Of a DNA stretch of 64,000 nucleotides, positions 20,252-30,055 are shown piece by piece. Origin of the DNA: an uncultured Gemmatimonadales bacterium (GTDB lineage Bacteria; Gemmatimonadota; Gemmatimonadetes; Palauibacterales; Palauibacteraceae). Each line of letters opens with the position of its first letter. Positions within the stretch are counted from its first letter, which is position 1. Position numbers and translations under genes: made by a program. The stretch spans positions 160,001-224,000 of the forward strand of contig CAWANJ010000009.1 in assembly GCA_963783385.1 (NCBI GenBank), written 5' to 3'. The notes beneath the pieces were generated by a model. The model had not been told where the DNA came from. It made no database searches and was given only the letters and a program-made list of their open reading frames with translations.

Positions 20252-20719
20252 TCAGCCCTCCTTCCCGGCCAGCCCGGCGGCCGTGTGCACGGCCTTCCGG
20301 ATGCGTTGGTAGGTGCCGCAGCGGCAGATGTTGCCCTTCATGGCCCGGTCGATGTCCGCGTCGCTCGGGCTGCCGTTGCCGGCCAGGAGTGCGGCCGCGC
20401 TCATGATCTGGCCCGACTGACAGTAGCCGCACTGGGGCACGTCCTCCTGGATCCACGCCCGCTGGACGGGGTGGCTGCGGTCCGTGGACAGCCCCTCGAT
20501 GGTGGTGATCTTAGAGCTGCCCACCGACGAGACAGGAGTCAGGCAGGATCGTACTGCCTCCCCGTCCACGTGCACGGTGCAGGCGCCGCACTGGCCGATG
20601 CCGCACCCGAACTTGGTGCCGGTGAGGCCGATCACGTCCCGGAGCACCCACAACACGGGCATGTCGTCGGGGACGTCGACCTGGTGCGACTGGCCGTTCA
20701 CGGTGAGGGAGATGGGCAT
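20252..20719 (-). CDS. iorA: (2Fe-2S)-binding subunit (IorA-like)
   Basis: [35 protein letters not shown]. Confidence 0.92.
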   Translation of the reverse strand: MPISLTVNGQSHQVDVPDDMPVLWVLRDVIGLTGTKFGCGIGQCGACTVHVDGEAVRSCLTPVSSVGSSKITTIEGLSTDRSHPVQRAWIQEDVPQCGYCQSGQIMSAAALLAGNGSPSDADIDRAMKGNICRCGTYQRIRKAVHTAAGLAGKEG

Positions 20720-20894
20720 GTCGGGCCCTCCGCTTCGTAGGGGACGGATGCCGAGCGGAACCTGAGGAGCGTACCGGCAAAGTGGGCGAACCGGGCCGAA
20801 TCGTCAACGGGAGGACGGCGGTGCGCCGCGGCGTTCCAGCTCCTCGCACGCCCACTCCCTCGCGGCCGGTCGCCGCGCCGGCGACCTTGTGGCC

Positions 20895-21320
20895 ATGAAG
20901 CCCACCAAGCGCTCCATCGCCTTCCTGGTCAGGGGCGAGGCCGGCCGGGTGCTGGTCGTCCGGCGCCCGGTCGATGACGAGGACCTGCCGGACGCCTGGG
21001 GCCTGCCTGCCGGCTCCCTCCGCCCCGGAGAGGGCTGGGAAGAGGCCGTGCGCCGCGCGGGCCGTGAGAAGCTCGGCGTGGCGCTTCGGCCCGGCGCGCT
21101 GCTCCGCGAGGGCGAGCTGGAGCGGGACGCCTACCGCCTGCGGATGCGTCTGTATGGGGCCTCGATCGAGGACGGGGAGCCCGTCGTTCCCCAGCCGGTC
21201 GAGGGCGTCACCCAGTACGCGGAGTGGGTCTGGGCACCGCCGAGCCGGTTGGAAGCCGCGGCCGCGAATGGATCGCTGTGCTCGCGCCTCGCCCTGGAGT
21301 GGCGGGACGAGGGAGGCTGA
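20895..21320 (+). CDS. NUDIX-fold protein with a degenerate Nudix box
   Basis: VLVVRRP...WGLPAGSLRPGEGWEEAVRRAGREKLGV. Confidence 0.85.
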   Translation: MKPTKRSIAFLVRGEAGRVLVVRRPVDDEDLPDAWGLPAGSLRPGEGWEEAVRRAGREKLGVALRPGALLREGELERDAYRLRMRLYGASIEDGEPVVPQPVEGVTQYAEWVWAPPSRLEAAAANGSLCSRLALEWRDEGG

Positions 21321-21560
21321 GGGGAGGGTGGCCGCTGCGACCCGGCGGCCCGGCGAGGGGGATGCCGGGCCCCGGGCCCGGACGATCACTCCACCCTGGC
21401 TTGACGAGCCCATCCGACCTTCCAACCGGTTCCCGGTGGATCTATGTTCTTCTGACCCACGTAGCGAGCCTCTGACCCGAGCGCGGGAGCGTACCATCGG
21501 CCTGCCACGGGGACCCTCGTCCGCCGCCGTCGGTCGCTCCCTCCGCACGGGCGGCGTCCG

Positions 21561-23024
21561 TTGATCGAGCGATTCCTGTCGCTCTCCTGGCGCTTCCGGA
21601 CGGCCCTGGTGGCGGGACTGGCGGGGGCGATCCTGCTGGTCGTGGTGCTCGGGCGGCTGGCCGCCGCACGTGCGCTGGGGATGGCGGCGGCCGGACTGGG
21701 GGCCATGCTGCTGGCGTGGATCGTCCTGGTGCCCTGGATCCACGATCTCGTCGCGGCGCTGGCGCCCGGAGAGCCGCAGGCGGCGCCGGAGCAGCCCTCG
21801 CAAGCCGATGGGCGTTCGGTGGGGTCCGACGGGCCGGCCTCGCGCCGGCGCCAGCCCCTGTCCTCGCCCGGCGACGCGCCGAGCAACAGGTTGGCCCGGT
21901 TCGTGGCCCAGGACCGCGCGCCCCCGGAGGTGGACGACACCGAGCTGCGGATCGGGATCGTCCTCTCGGGAGGTGGGGCGCGCGGTGTCTATCAGGCCGG
22001 AGCGCTCCTGGCCTTGCGGGAGTTCCTCGCCCGCGAGGGCGTCCTTCCCTACGTACGGGCCATCGCGGGCACGTCGATCGGAGCCTGGAACGCCATGTTC
22101 TGGCTCACGAACCACGTCGAGGATGGAGGACTCGAGGGCTGGTGGCGGGCGGCCGAGCCGGCGCGGCTCATCGAGCCCGCCCACTGGATTCCGGGCCTGC
22201 GGAACTACGTCCTGCGCAACCGACCCTGGCGCCGGTCCTTCGAACCCCTGTTCGGATCGACGCTCGAGCCGATCCTGGCCGGAGGGCCTCCCTGGCTCTA
22301 CTTCACCCGCACCAACGTGGACCGGGCCCGGGTGGAGGTGGCCACGAACCGCGATCCGTCGTACCGGTACTATCGCGTCGCCCCGTCCGGTCGGGGCTAC
22401 GTACCGGTCGCGCCGGTGGTGAACCCCGACCTGGGCCGCTATCGCGTCACCACGGGCCCGTCGCTTCGAGAGGTCGTGTTCACGTCCATGGACGTCCCGC
22501 CGCTGTTTCCCAGGGTCCACGGCCCGCGCGGCGTGGCCTATGAGGACGGCGGCGTCCTCGACAACCTTCCGATCCGCTATACGACGCGCTTCGAGGGCTG
22601 CAACCTCCTGTTCATCTTCCCCCTGCACGCCTCCTTCGAGCGCGAACACTCGGAACGGTCCATCCTGCGCCGCCTCGGACGCGTGCTCGAGGTACGCCAG
22701 GGTGCGCTGGAGCGTGGCGCCTTGCGCGACGTGAGCCTCTACAACGAGCTCATCGCTCTCGGGGCCCCCGAGCGGAGCGCGGACATTCACATCAAGCCCG
22801 TGACGAGCTTCGTGCTGGCGCCGTCGCCGGCCATGGAGATCGGGACGTTCGACTTCTGGAAGCTGAGACGACGGGGCGAGAGCGCCCTCCGCCGGATGCG
22901 CGAGGCGACGCGCGAGGCCCTGCAGACGTTCTCCTTCCGTCCGGACGACCGCTCGGTTCGGATGACGGTCGTGCCTCCGTCGGACTCGGAACCGGCCGCG
23001 GTCCGCGATTTCACGCTTCATTGA
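21561..23024 (+). CDS. Patatin-like phospholipase with two N-terminal TM helices
   Basis: Two hydrophobic helices (aa ~15-60), oxyanion loop GIVLSGGGARGVYQAG, nucleophile GTSIG, DGGVLDNLP. Confidence 0.88.
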   Translation: MIERFLSLSWRFRTALVAGLAGAILLVVVLGRLAAARALGMAAAGLGAMLLAWIVLVPWIHDLVAALAPGEPQAAPEQPSQADGRSVGSDGPASRRRQPLSSPGDAPSNRLARFVAQDRAPPEVDDTELRIGIVLSGGGARGVYQAGALLALREFLAREGVLPYVRAIAGTSIGAWNAMFWLTNHVEDGGLEGWWRAAEPARLIEPAHWIPGLRNYVLRNRPWRRSFEPLFGSTLEPILAGGPPWLYFTRTNVDRARVEVATNRDPSYRYYRVAPSGRGYVPVAPVVNPDLGRYRVTTGPSLREVVFTSMDVPPLFPRVHGPRGVAYEDGGVLDNLPIRYTTRFEGCNLLFIFPLHASFEREHSERSILRRLGRVLEVRQGALERGALRDVSLYNELIALGAPERSADIHIKPVTSFVLAPSPAMEIGTFDFWKLRRRGESALRRMREATREALQTFSFRPDDRSVRMTVVPPSDSEPAAVRDFTLH

Positions 23025-23147
23025 GGGCGGCGGGCCGGCGTCCGCGTTGACGCCGCGACGCCGAAACGCCTAGCTTCCGGAGACGGCCACAGCGGGCTTC
23101 GCGGAGCCCGGCGTCGGCCGGACCATCCTCCGGATGAGAGCCGCCCC

Positions 23148-23924
23148 ATGGGCATTCGCCGGTCCGTGACCGGGTCCACGACCCGAGGGTCCGGGCGGAC
23201 ACGACCGAGCGCGCGCAGCGCCCCTCGCGCCGCTACCGATCTGCGGCGGCAGTGGTCGCGTGCGCTCCCGGCCGCGCTGGTGCTGTCCGGCGTGGGGCAC
23301 GGCCTCCTCCTGGCGCTGGGCTCGCTCCCGACCACGACGCCCCGCCTCGTCTACGGCGAGAACGGCAGCTTCGAGCTCGTCGCCCTGCCGCCGGAGGTCC
23401 GGGTGCCGCCTCCCCCTCCGGCCCTCCGCAGGCCCGAGCCTCCCGCGCTGACCGTGGCCGATCCCGATCCGGCACGACTCTCGGCGGCGGACCGCGCCCT
23501 CGATCCGGCCCCGCGGCCCCTGCCGCCGCCTCCGCACGTCTCGCCCCGACCGGGGTTCGCCTCGCAGGTCGGTCGCCCCGACCTGCCTCCGCTACTCCAG
23601 GACGACCCTCTCACGACCTGGGATCGCGAGCGCTACTACCCCGAGGACCTGCGACGGGCCGGCATCGGGGGACAGGTCGACCTCAAGCTGTTCGTGGAGC
23701 CGACGGGGCGCGTGGACCGGATCAGCGTGGTGGCCACGAGCGGACACCCGCGGCTGGACCGGGCCGCGATCCAGATCGGTCGCCACATGCACTTCCTCCC
23801 GGCCCTGAGCCGGGACCGGCACGTGGGCGTCTGGGTGGCGCAGACCATCTGCTTCGTGGTCGTGCGCCACGCCGCGCGGCGCGGCGTGCCGGCCGCGTGC
23901 CCGGGACCGGGGGGCGGGTACTGA
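23148..23924 (+). CDS. TonB family energy transducer
   Basis: TM with SxxxH (LSGVGHGLLL), Pro-rich linker, YYPEDLRRAGIGGQVDLKLFVEPTGRV...SGHPRLDRAA. Confidence 0.88.
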   Translation: MGIRRSVTGSTTRGSGRTRPSARSAPRAATDLRRQWSRALPAALVLSGVGHGLLLALGSLPTTTPRLVYGENGSFELVALPPEVRVPPPPPALRRPEPPALTVADPDPARLSAADRALDPAPRPLPPPPHVSPRPGFASQVGRPDLPPLLQDDPLTTWDRERYYPEDLRRAGIGGQVDLKLFVEPTGRVDRISVVATSGHPRLDRAAIQIGRHMHFLPALSRDRHVGVWVAQTICFVVVRHAARRGVPAACPGPGGGY

Positions 23925-23945
23925 GGGGGGTCGGGGGAGCCGCGC

Positions 23946-24870
23946 TCAGCCCGAGAGCAGGTTCCGGAGCACGAAGGTGACGTTGGCGGGCCGCTCGGCC
24001 AGCCGGCGCATGTACCAGGCGAACCACTCGCTCCCGTAGCTGATCAGGGTGCGCACGTTCTCGCCCTCGGCCGCCAGCCGGCGCTGCGCTTCCGCCTGGA
24101 TTCCGTACAGCATTCTGGATTTCGTACGCCTCGGGCGCGATGCCGGCCGCCCTGGCCGCCGTGCGCACGCGCCCGACCAGGGCCAGGTCGTGCGTGGCGA
24201 ACGCCTGCCGCCCGCCCGTCTTGCCGATGTGGCCGAGGAGGCGCACGGCGAGGGAGGCGTAGTTCTCGTCCACGTCGCTCTTTGCCGGGAAGGCCACGTC
24301 GGCGGGCTCGTCGTACGCTCCCTTCACGAGCCGCACCTGGCCGCCGAGCTCGAGGACGCCCTCGAGGTCGGCGGCCGTACGCCGCAGGTAGGCCTGCATG
24401 CACAGCCCTACGTTCGCGTGTTCGGAGCGAGCGCCCCCGTAGACCTCCAGGGTGCGGTCGACATACGAGCTGTCCTCCATGTCGACCCACACGAAGTTGT
24501 CTCGCGACGACGCCTCCCGGCACAGCCTGGACAGGTTGCGGAGCGCGAGATCCGTGGACTGCTCCAGCCCGAGCTGCGTGAGCTTGACCGAGATCTCGGC
24601 CTCGCGGCCGGTCTCGACCTCCCGCTCCAGCACGGCCACGTAGTGATCGGCCACCTCGGTGGCCTCCGCTTCGCTGTGGACGTGCTCGCCCAGCCGCGTG
24701 AGCACGGAGGCGATGCCGTGGTCCCGGAGGCGGTCGACCGCACCCAGCGCGTCGTCGAGGCCCTCCCCGGGCACGAAGCGCTGCACGGAGCGCCGCACGA
24801 ACGGCATGTGTGGGAGCTTCTCGGCGAACCAGGCGCTCTCGGAGCACCACAGGAAGAATCGCCGCAGCAT
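23946..24870 (-). CDS. Monofunctional proline dehydrogenase; one extra base at ~24114
   Basis: RFVPGE, ISVKLTQLGL, VWVDMEDS, QAYLRRT, RLVKGAY, ATHD; shifted tail MLYGI..SYGSEWFAWYMRRLAERPAN. Confidence 0.92.
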
Positions 24871-25121
24871 AGTCGTCATCCCCTCACTGGTTCCAGGCTG
24901 CCGTTGGGTCGCGGCCGGTCCCCGATGCCACCACGGATGGCGGGTTCGGCACGCCCGACCGCGATCCGTCGGGCACGTTGCGCAGGGATCGTACGGACCC
25001 GGAAGGTTTCCGGAAAGACCATGGTACCGGAGCGGCGGGGGCCGCACGGCACGGCGGCGTCGCTGGCCGTGAGCCGGGCCGGGTGGCCGGTCCGTCCGGA
25101 CGGTCCTAGCTTCGCGGCGCC

Positions 25122-26330
25122 ATGGGGGATGACTCGCGGGGCCCGGAGCGGGAGGCGGTGGTGCGGCGGCGCGGCGCGGCGCGCTGGGCGCGGGGCCATC
25201 CGTGGATCTACCGGAGCGACGTGCGGACCGAGCCGGAGGCGGCGGGCCCCGGCGTTGCGATCGTGAGGGACGAGGGCGGGCGCTTCCTGGGTCGTGCCCT
25301 GTATTCGCCCACGTCGGAGATCCGGCTGCGGCTCCTGGAGCGCCGGGACCTGGCGGTGGACCGGGGCTGGTGGAGGGAGAGGATCGCCCGGGCGGCGGAG
25401 CGCCGCCGCGGCATCGAGGCGACGGCGTATCGCCTGGTGCACGCCGAGGCGGACGGCCTTCCCTCGCTGGTCGTGGACCGCTACGGACCCTATCTGGTGG
25501 CGGAGCTGCTCTCGGCCGGCCTCGAAGCGCGTCGCACGGAGATCGTGGACGCCCTGTCGGATGTGTTCGCGCCGACCGGCATCCTCCTCAGGAACGACTC
25601 GCCGGTGCGGCGCCACGAGGCGCTGCCTCGCGGCGTCGAGCTCGTTCGGGGCCGGGTGCCGGAGGACGTGAAGGTCGAAGAGGCCGGTGTTCGTTACCTG
25701 GCCGCGCCCTGGACGGGACAGAAGACCGGGGCCTTCCTGGACCAGCGCGAGAACCGGCTGCTGGCGGGCCGCCTCGTCGCGGAAGCGGTCGGGGCGGGGA
25801 CGGGGGCCGTGCGCGCCCTGGACGTGTTCACCTATCACGGCTCCTTCGCCCTCCACCTGGCCGCCGCCGGGGCTCGCGTCGTGGCCGTAGACCAGTCGGG
25901 GCCGGCGCTGGAGCGCGGCCGGCGCAACGCGGCGCTGGGTGGCCTGGAGGGGATCGAGTGGGTGGAGGCCAACGCGTTCGACTTCCTGCGCGCGCGATCG
26001 GACCGCGGCGAGCGGTTCGACCTCGTGGTGCTGGACCCGCCGGCCTTCGCCCGCAGCAAGTCGTCGGTCGCGGCCGCCCTGCGCGGCTACAAGGAGATCA
26101 ACCTGCGGGCCATGTCGCTCCTGGCGCCCGGCGGCCGGCTCCTGACCTTCTCGTGCAGCTATCACGTGGGCCGCGAGCCGTTTCTGGAGATGCTCGCCGG
26201 GGCCGCGGGCGATGCCGGCCGGCCCCTCGTCCTGGAGCGCATCCTGGCACAGTCCCGGGATCATCCCCACGTCCTCACGATTCCCGAGACGGGCTACCTC
26301 AAGGGCGCGCTGCTTCGCGCCGACGAGTGA
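25122..26330 (+). CDS. RlmI-like class I SAM-dependent rRNA methyltransferase (PUA domain)
   Basis: GHPWIYRSD, RLVHAEADGLPSLVVDRYG, GQKTGAFLDQRENR, FDLVVLDPPAF, TFSCSYH, PETGYLK. Confidence 0.9.
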   Translation: MGDDSRGPEREAVVRRRGAARWARGHPWIYRSDVRTEPEAAGPGVAIVRDEGGRFLGRALYSPTSEIRLRLLERRDLAVDRGWWRERIARAAERRRGIEATAYRLVHAEADGLPSLVVDRYGPYLVAELLSAGLEARRTEIVDALSDVFAPTGILLRNDSPVRRHEALPRGVELVRGRVPEDVKVEEAGVRYLAAPWTGQKTGAFLDQRENRLLAGRLVAEAVGAGTGAVRALDVFTYHGSFALHLAAAGARVVAVDQSGPALERGRRNAALGGLEGIEWVEANAFDFLRARSDRGERFDLVVLDPPAFARSKSSVAAALRGYKEINLRAMSLLAPGGRLLTFSCSYHVGREPFLEMLAGAAGDAGRPLVLERILAQSRDHPHVLTIPETGYLKGALLRADE

Positions 26331-26379
26331 GAGGGACCGACGGGCGGAGGGCGCGGGCGGCTCCGGGGCGCCCGGTCGG

Positions 26380-26843
26380 CTGGCGGTCGATAGAGGACCG
26401 GAACGCCGGCGACCCGCGGCGGCGGCCCTGGCCGATGGCTACGCCCGCATCCACCAGGATGTCGAGGGGGTCGTGGGGCGGCTCGTGAAGGCCGGCGTGC
26501 CCGATTCGGCCATCACGCTGCAGCCGATCACTACCCAGCCCGTGTACGGGCCGCAGGGCCCCCGGGGGTACCAGGTGCTCCAGTCTCTGTTCGTGATCTC
26601 CGCCGACCTGCCCGCCGTGGAGGGGTTGGCCCTGAATCCGGCGGGGATGGTGCCGGCAAGCGCGCCGCCGAGATCGCCGGCAGCGTCGGAATGAAGGTGG
26701 GGAGCGTGCTCTCGGCCTAGGCCGGCGTCTTCCAGATCACCGAGCCCCATTCCACCGAGACGGCCGCCTACGGCGTGTACAACACGTCGTCACGCAAGAA
26801 GGAGATCCGGGTCACGGTGCACGCCCGCTTCAGTCTGGAGTGA
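26380..26843 (+). pseudogene. SIMPL (DUF541) domain gene remnant
   Basis: LADGYARIHQDV..GVPDSAI..GYQVLQSLFVIS joined out of frame to [56 protein letters not shown]. No N-terminus, internal gap, TAG at 26718. Confidence 0.7.
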
Positions 26844-28020
26844 GGCGCTCCGCCGCGGTGGCGAGGCCGGCCGGCTGGTCCACGGTCCCGCCCTCGGCCG
26901 CGACCACGCCGCCCAGGGCCGCCAGCAGGACCATGACGTTGGCCGGCCGGGCCGAATGACCCATGCACCCGATGCGCCACACCACCCCGGCCAGGTCCCC
27001 GAGGCCGCCCGCGATCTCGATCCCGTGCTCGACCAGCAGTCGCCGCGCCACGCGCTTCCCGTCGACCCCCTCCGGGATGCGAACGGTCGTGAGGCTGGGA
27101 AGCCAGAACTCCATGCTCGCGTGGGGACTGAGTCCCATGGCCTCGAGTCCTGCGCGAAGAGCGCCGGCCACCTTCAGATGACGTGCCCAGCGCGCCTCGA
27201 TCCCCTCCTCGGCCACCAGGCGGAGCGCCTCGCGCAGGGCGTAGACGTTCGTGATCGGGGCCGTGTGATGGTAGGAGCGCTCGTCGCCCCAGTAGTGCTC
27301 GAGGAGCGACAGGTCCAGGTACCAGCTCCGCACCGGCTCGGCGCGCTCGCGGATCCTCGCCATGGCCGCGTCCCCCAGGGTGAGGGGGCTGGCGCCCGGG
27401 GGACAGGACAGGCACTTCTGCCCGCCCGAGTAGGCGACGTCCACTCCCCACCCGTCCACTTCGAGCTCGACCCCGCCCAGGGAGGTGACGGTGTCGGCCA
27501 CGACCAGGGCCCCCGCGCCGTGCGCCATCTCGACCAGCTCGGGCACGTTCGGCTGCAGGACCCCCGTACTGGTCTCGGCGTGCACGAAGGCGACCAGCGC
27601 CGGACCGTGCCTGGCCAGCGCGGCACGGACGTCCTCGGGATCGAGAGGGCGGCCCCAGGGAGCTGCGACGGGGACCGGATCTCCCCCGGCCCTCCGTACC
27701 ATCTCGGCCATGCGCAGGCCGAAGTAGCCGTTGGAGGGTACGAGGACGGTGTCCCCGGGCTCGACGAGGTTGGTGAACGCGGCTTCCATGGCGGCGGAGC
27801 CGGTACCGCTCACCGGGATCGTCCACTCGTGATCGGTTCGGAAGGTGTAGCGGAGGAGATGCTGCACCTGGTCCATGATCTCGAGGAAGGCGGGATCGAG
27901 ATGTCCGATCAGCGGGGTGGACATGGCTCTGAGCACGCGGGGATGGACGTCGCTGGGCCCGGGGCCCATGAGGATCCGATCCGGTGGCGCGAGCTCAGCG
28001 TAACGTGGTGCCTGGGTCAT
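26830..28020 (-). CDS. Alanine-glyoxylate aminotransferase family (class V PLP enzyme)
   Basis: [62 protein letters not shown]. Confidence 0.93.
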   Translation of the reverse strand: MTQAPRYAELAPPDRILMGPGPSDVHPRVLRAMSTPLIGHLDPAFLEIMDQVQHLLRYTFRTDHEWTIPVSGTGSAAMEAAFTNLVEPGDTVLVPSNGYFGLRMAEMVRRAGGDPVPVAAPWGRPLDPEDVRAALARHGPALVAFVHAETSTGVLQPNVPELVEMAHGAGALVVADTVTSLGGVELEVDGWGVDVAYSGGQKCLSCPPGASPLTLGDAAMARIRERAEPVRSWYLDLSLLEHYWGDERSYHHTAPITNVYALREALRLVAEEGIEARWARHLKVAGALRAGLEAMGLSPHASMEFWLPSLTTVRIPEGVDGKRVARRLLVEHGIEIAGGLGDLAGVVWRIGCMGHSARPANVMVLLAALGGVVAAEGGTVDQPAGLATAAERLTPD

Positions 28021-28244
28021 GGTCGTGTGGCCTCGTATCCGGTGGAGCGATCTTCGGCGCGATTCGACGACCGCCTCGCGGGCGATCGTGCGCCGGGATC
28101 AGGATGCGGCGGATGGCCGCTCGATGCGAGCGGTCGGCACGGACCGGGTCGACCGCTCGCGTTGCAGCCGTCCGGCCCCGGGTCGATTTTGGAGGAGCGG
28201 GCCCGCCCGGTTGGGGCCCATGCGAGTGTCGAAATGCAGGAGCC

Positions 28245-28838
28245 ATGGATATAGCGGGTCTACTGGCCGCCACGGCCGGCGTCGCGGCGCTGGCCAGGGC
28301 CGCGAACAAGAAGGGGAAGGACCACGGCGACCGGTCGTCCCGCCTCCGGTCCCGGCTCCTGCAGCGGGGCCTCGGCTCGACATCGGTCTCCGAGCTGCTG
28401 TCCGGCCGGCTGCTCATGCGTACGACGGGGATGGCCGGGCGCGGCTCCGGCTCGTCGGGTTCGGCCGTGGGCAGTGGGCGCTCCGGCGCCGCGCGCCCGC
28501 ACGGGACGGGTCCGCGCCGGTCTCCCGGCTCGCGCGGCGGCAGCGCGACGTCGACCGCTCGGGTGCGGCGTCGCCCCGACCGGGCCGAGCTGGAGAGGGA
28601 GGGGGTGCCCCACCCGCTCATCATCCGCCGCCGCCGGGACCGCCGCCGGGAGCTGCTGCGCGAGGTGGCCAACGTCGGCATGGGCTCGGCCGCCATCGGC
28701 GTGTCCACCGCTGGCCTCCTGTTCGACGCGGGCGTCGCGTCCGAGTGGTGCCTCGGAGGGGGCGCCCTGGCCGCCGCCGTGTTCGGCTGGATCCTGGGCC
28801 GCGGCGTCCTCTCCGACCTCATCCACCTGGGCGCCTGA
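28245..28838 (+). CDS. Hypothetical membrane protein with Arg/Ser/Gly-rich middle and two C-terminal hydrophobic helices
   Basis: AGGAG SD then ATG; C-terminal helices VGMGSAAIGVSTAGLLF and LGGGALAAAVFGWILG. Confidence 0.55.
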   Translation: MDIAGLLAATAGVAALARAANKKGKDHGDRSSRLRSRLLQRGLGSTSVSELLSGRLLMRTTGMAGRGSGSSGSAVGSGRSGAARPHGTGPRRSPGSRGGSATSTARVRRRPDRAELEREGVPHPLIIRRRRDRRRELLREVANVGMGSAAIGVSTAGLLFDAGVASEWCLGGGALAAAVFGWILGRGVLSDLIHLGA

Positions 28839-28868
28839 GGCCCGTCCGCGCCCGGGGGCTCTCGCCTC

Positions 28869-29954
28869 CTACGCCTCCCCGGGCCCGAACAGGGAGAGCT
28901 GGGGCCCGGTCGAACCCGCCTCGTCCGGGGGCGCCGGCCGGCGGAAGGAGGCCGTCGACAGGGGGCGGGAGTCCCGGTCCAGCCCGAGGCGGCGAACGGT
29001 CATCCGGAACAGGCCGCCAATGTGGTCGGCCAGGGGCCCGGCGCCCCGCATGCGGCTCCCGAAGCGGGGATCATCGAGCTCGCCGCCCCTCACGTCGCGG
29101 ATGCGGCCCAGCACCTTGTCCTTCCGCCAGGGGAAGTGCGTCTCCAGCCAGGCCTCGAACAGCTCCGAGACGCCGTGCGGGAGTCGCAACATGACCCAGC
29201 CGGCGTGGGTCGCCCCGGCCTCGGCGGCGGCCTCGAGGATGGCCGGCAGCTCGTGCTCGGTGAGGCCGGGGATGACGGGCGCGACCAGCACGCCGACCGG
29301 CACGCTGGCGTCGGCCAGGGCGCGGATCGCGTCCAGACGGCGCTCGGGAGTCGGAGCGCGGGGCTCGAGGACGCGCCGCAGGCTCTCGTCCAGGGACGTG
29401 ACCGAGACGGTGACCCTGGATGCGTCATGGTCGGCGAGCTCGCTCAGGAGGTCCAGGTCGCGGGTCACGAGCCGGCTCTTGGTGATGATCGACACCGGGT
29501 TCCGGGCCTCCGCCAGGACCTCCAGGCAGCCACGGGTGATCTCGAGGCGGCGCTCGGCGGGCTGGTACGGATCGGTGACCCCGCTCATGGCGAGGACCTG
29601 CGGCTCCCAGCCGGGGGAGGACAGCTCCGCGCGCAGCAGGGAGGGCGCGTCCTCCTTGACCAGGATTCTCGATTCGAAGTCCAGTCCCGCCGAGAAGCCC
29701 AGGTACTCGTGTGTCGGCCGGGCGTAGCAGTACACACATCCGTGCTCGCACCCCCGGTACGGATTGATGCTGGCCTCGAACCCCACGTCCGGGCTCCGGT
29801 TGCGGGTGATGATCGAGCGGCTGCGGTCGCGGAGGAGACGCGTCTCCGGACCCGGGTCCTCCGCGGTCCACGCCTCGCGCTCCAGGTCGATGCCGTCGAA
29901 GCGATTGGCCGGGTTGCCGGGCGCGCCGCGCCCGCGGACGGGGAGGGGCTTCAC
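28869..29954 (-). CDS. PA0069-family radical SAM protein (SplB-like, DNA-repair associated); start approximate
   Basis: RGRGAPGNPANRF, SIITRNRSPDVGFEASINPYRGCEHGCVYCYARPTHEYLG, TDPYQPAE, C-terminal QLSLF. Confidence 0.93.
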   Translation of the reverse strand: MKPLPVRGRGAPGNPANRFDGIDLEREAWTAEDPGPETRLLRDRSRSIITRNRSPDVGFEASINPYRGCEHGCVYCYARPTHEYLGFSAGLDFESRILVKEDAPSLLRAELSSPGWEPQVLAMSGVTDPYQPAERRLEITRGCLEVLAEARNPVSIITKSRLVTRDLDLLSELADHDASRVTVSVTSLDESLRRVLEPRAPTPERRLDAIRALADASVPVGVLVAPVIPGLTEHELPAILEAAAEAGATHAGWVMLRLPHGVSELFEAWLETHFPWRKDKVLGRIRDVRGGELDDPRFGSRMRGAGPLADHIGGLFRMTVRRLGLDRDSRPLSTASFRRPAPPDEAGSTGPQLSLFGPGEA

Positions 29955-29995
29955 GGGAGGCCGGGGCGACCGGACGAGGTACGCATACCCCACGG

Positions 29996-30024
29996 AGGCT
30001 ATGTCTTCGGGTTTTGTTCGGCAA
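29996..30024 (-). promoter_or_regulatory. Sigma70-like promoter with an overlapping GAAC-N7-GAAG candidate LexA box
   Basis: Minus strand TTGCCG-N17-TAGCCT; the spacer contains GAAC AAAACCC GAAG (30005-30019). Confidence 0.6.
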
Positions 30025-30055
30025 GGGGTCGTCGAAGCGAACCCCGTACGCCGGG

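Noticed and set aside
26718-26720. In-frame TAG in the SIMPL remnant as pyrrolysine or readthrough
   Set aside because: The gene also lacks its N-terminus and has an internal deletion. TAG ends many normal genes here and no pyl genes are seen.
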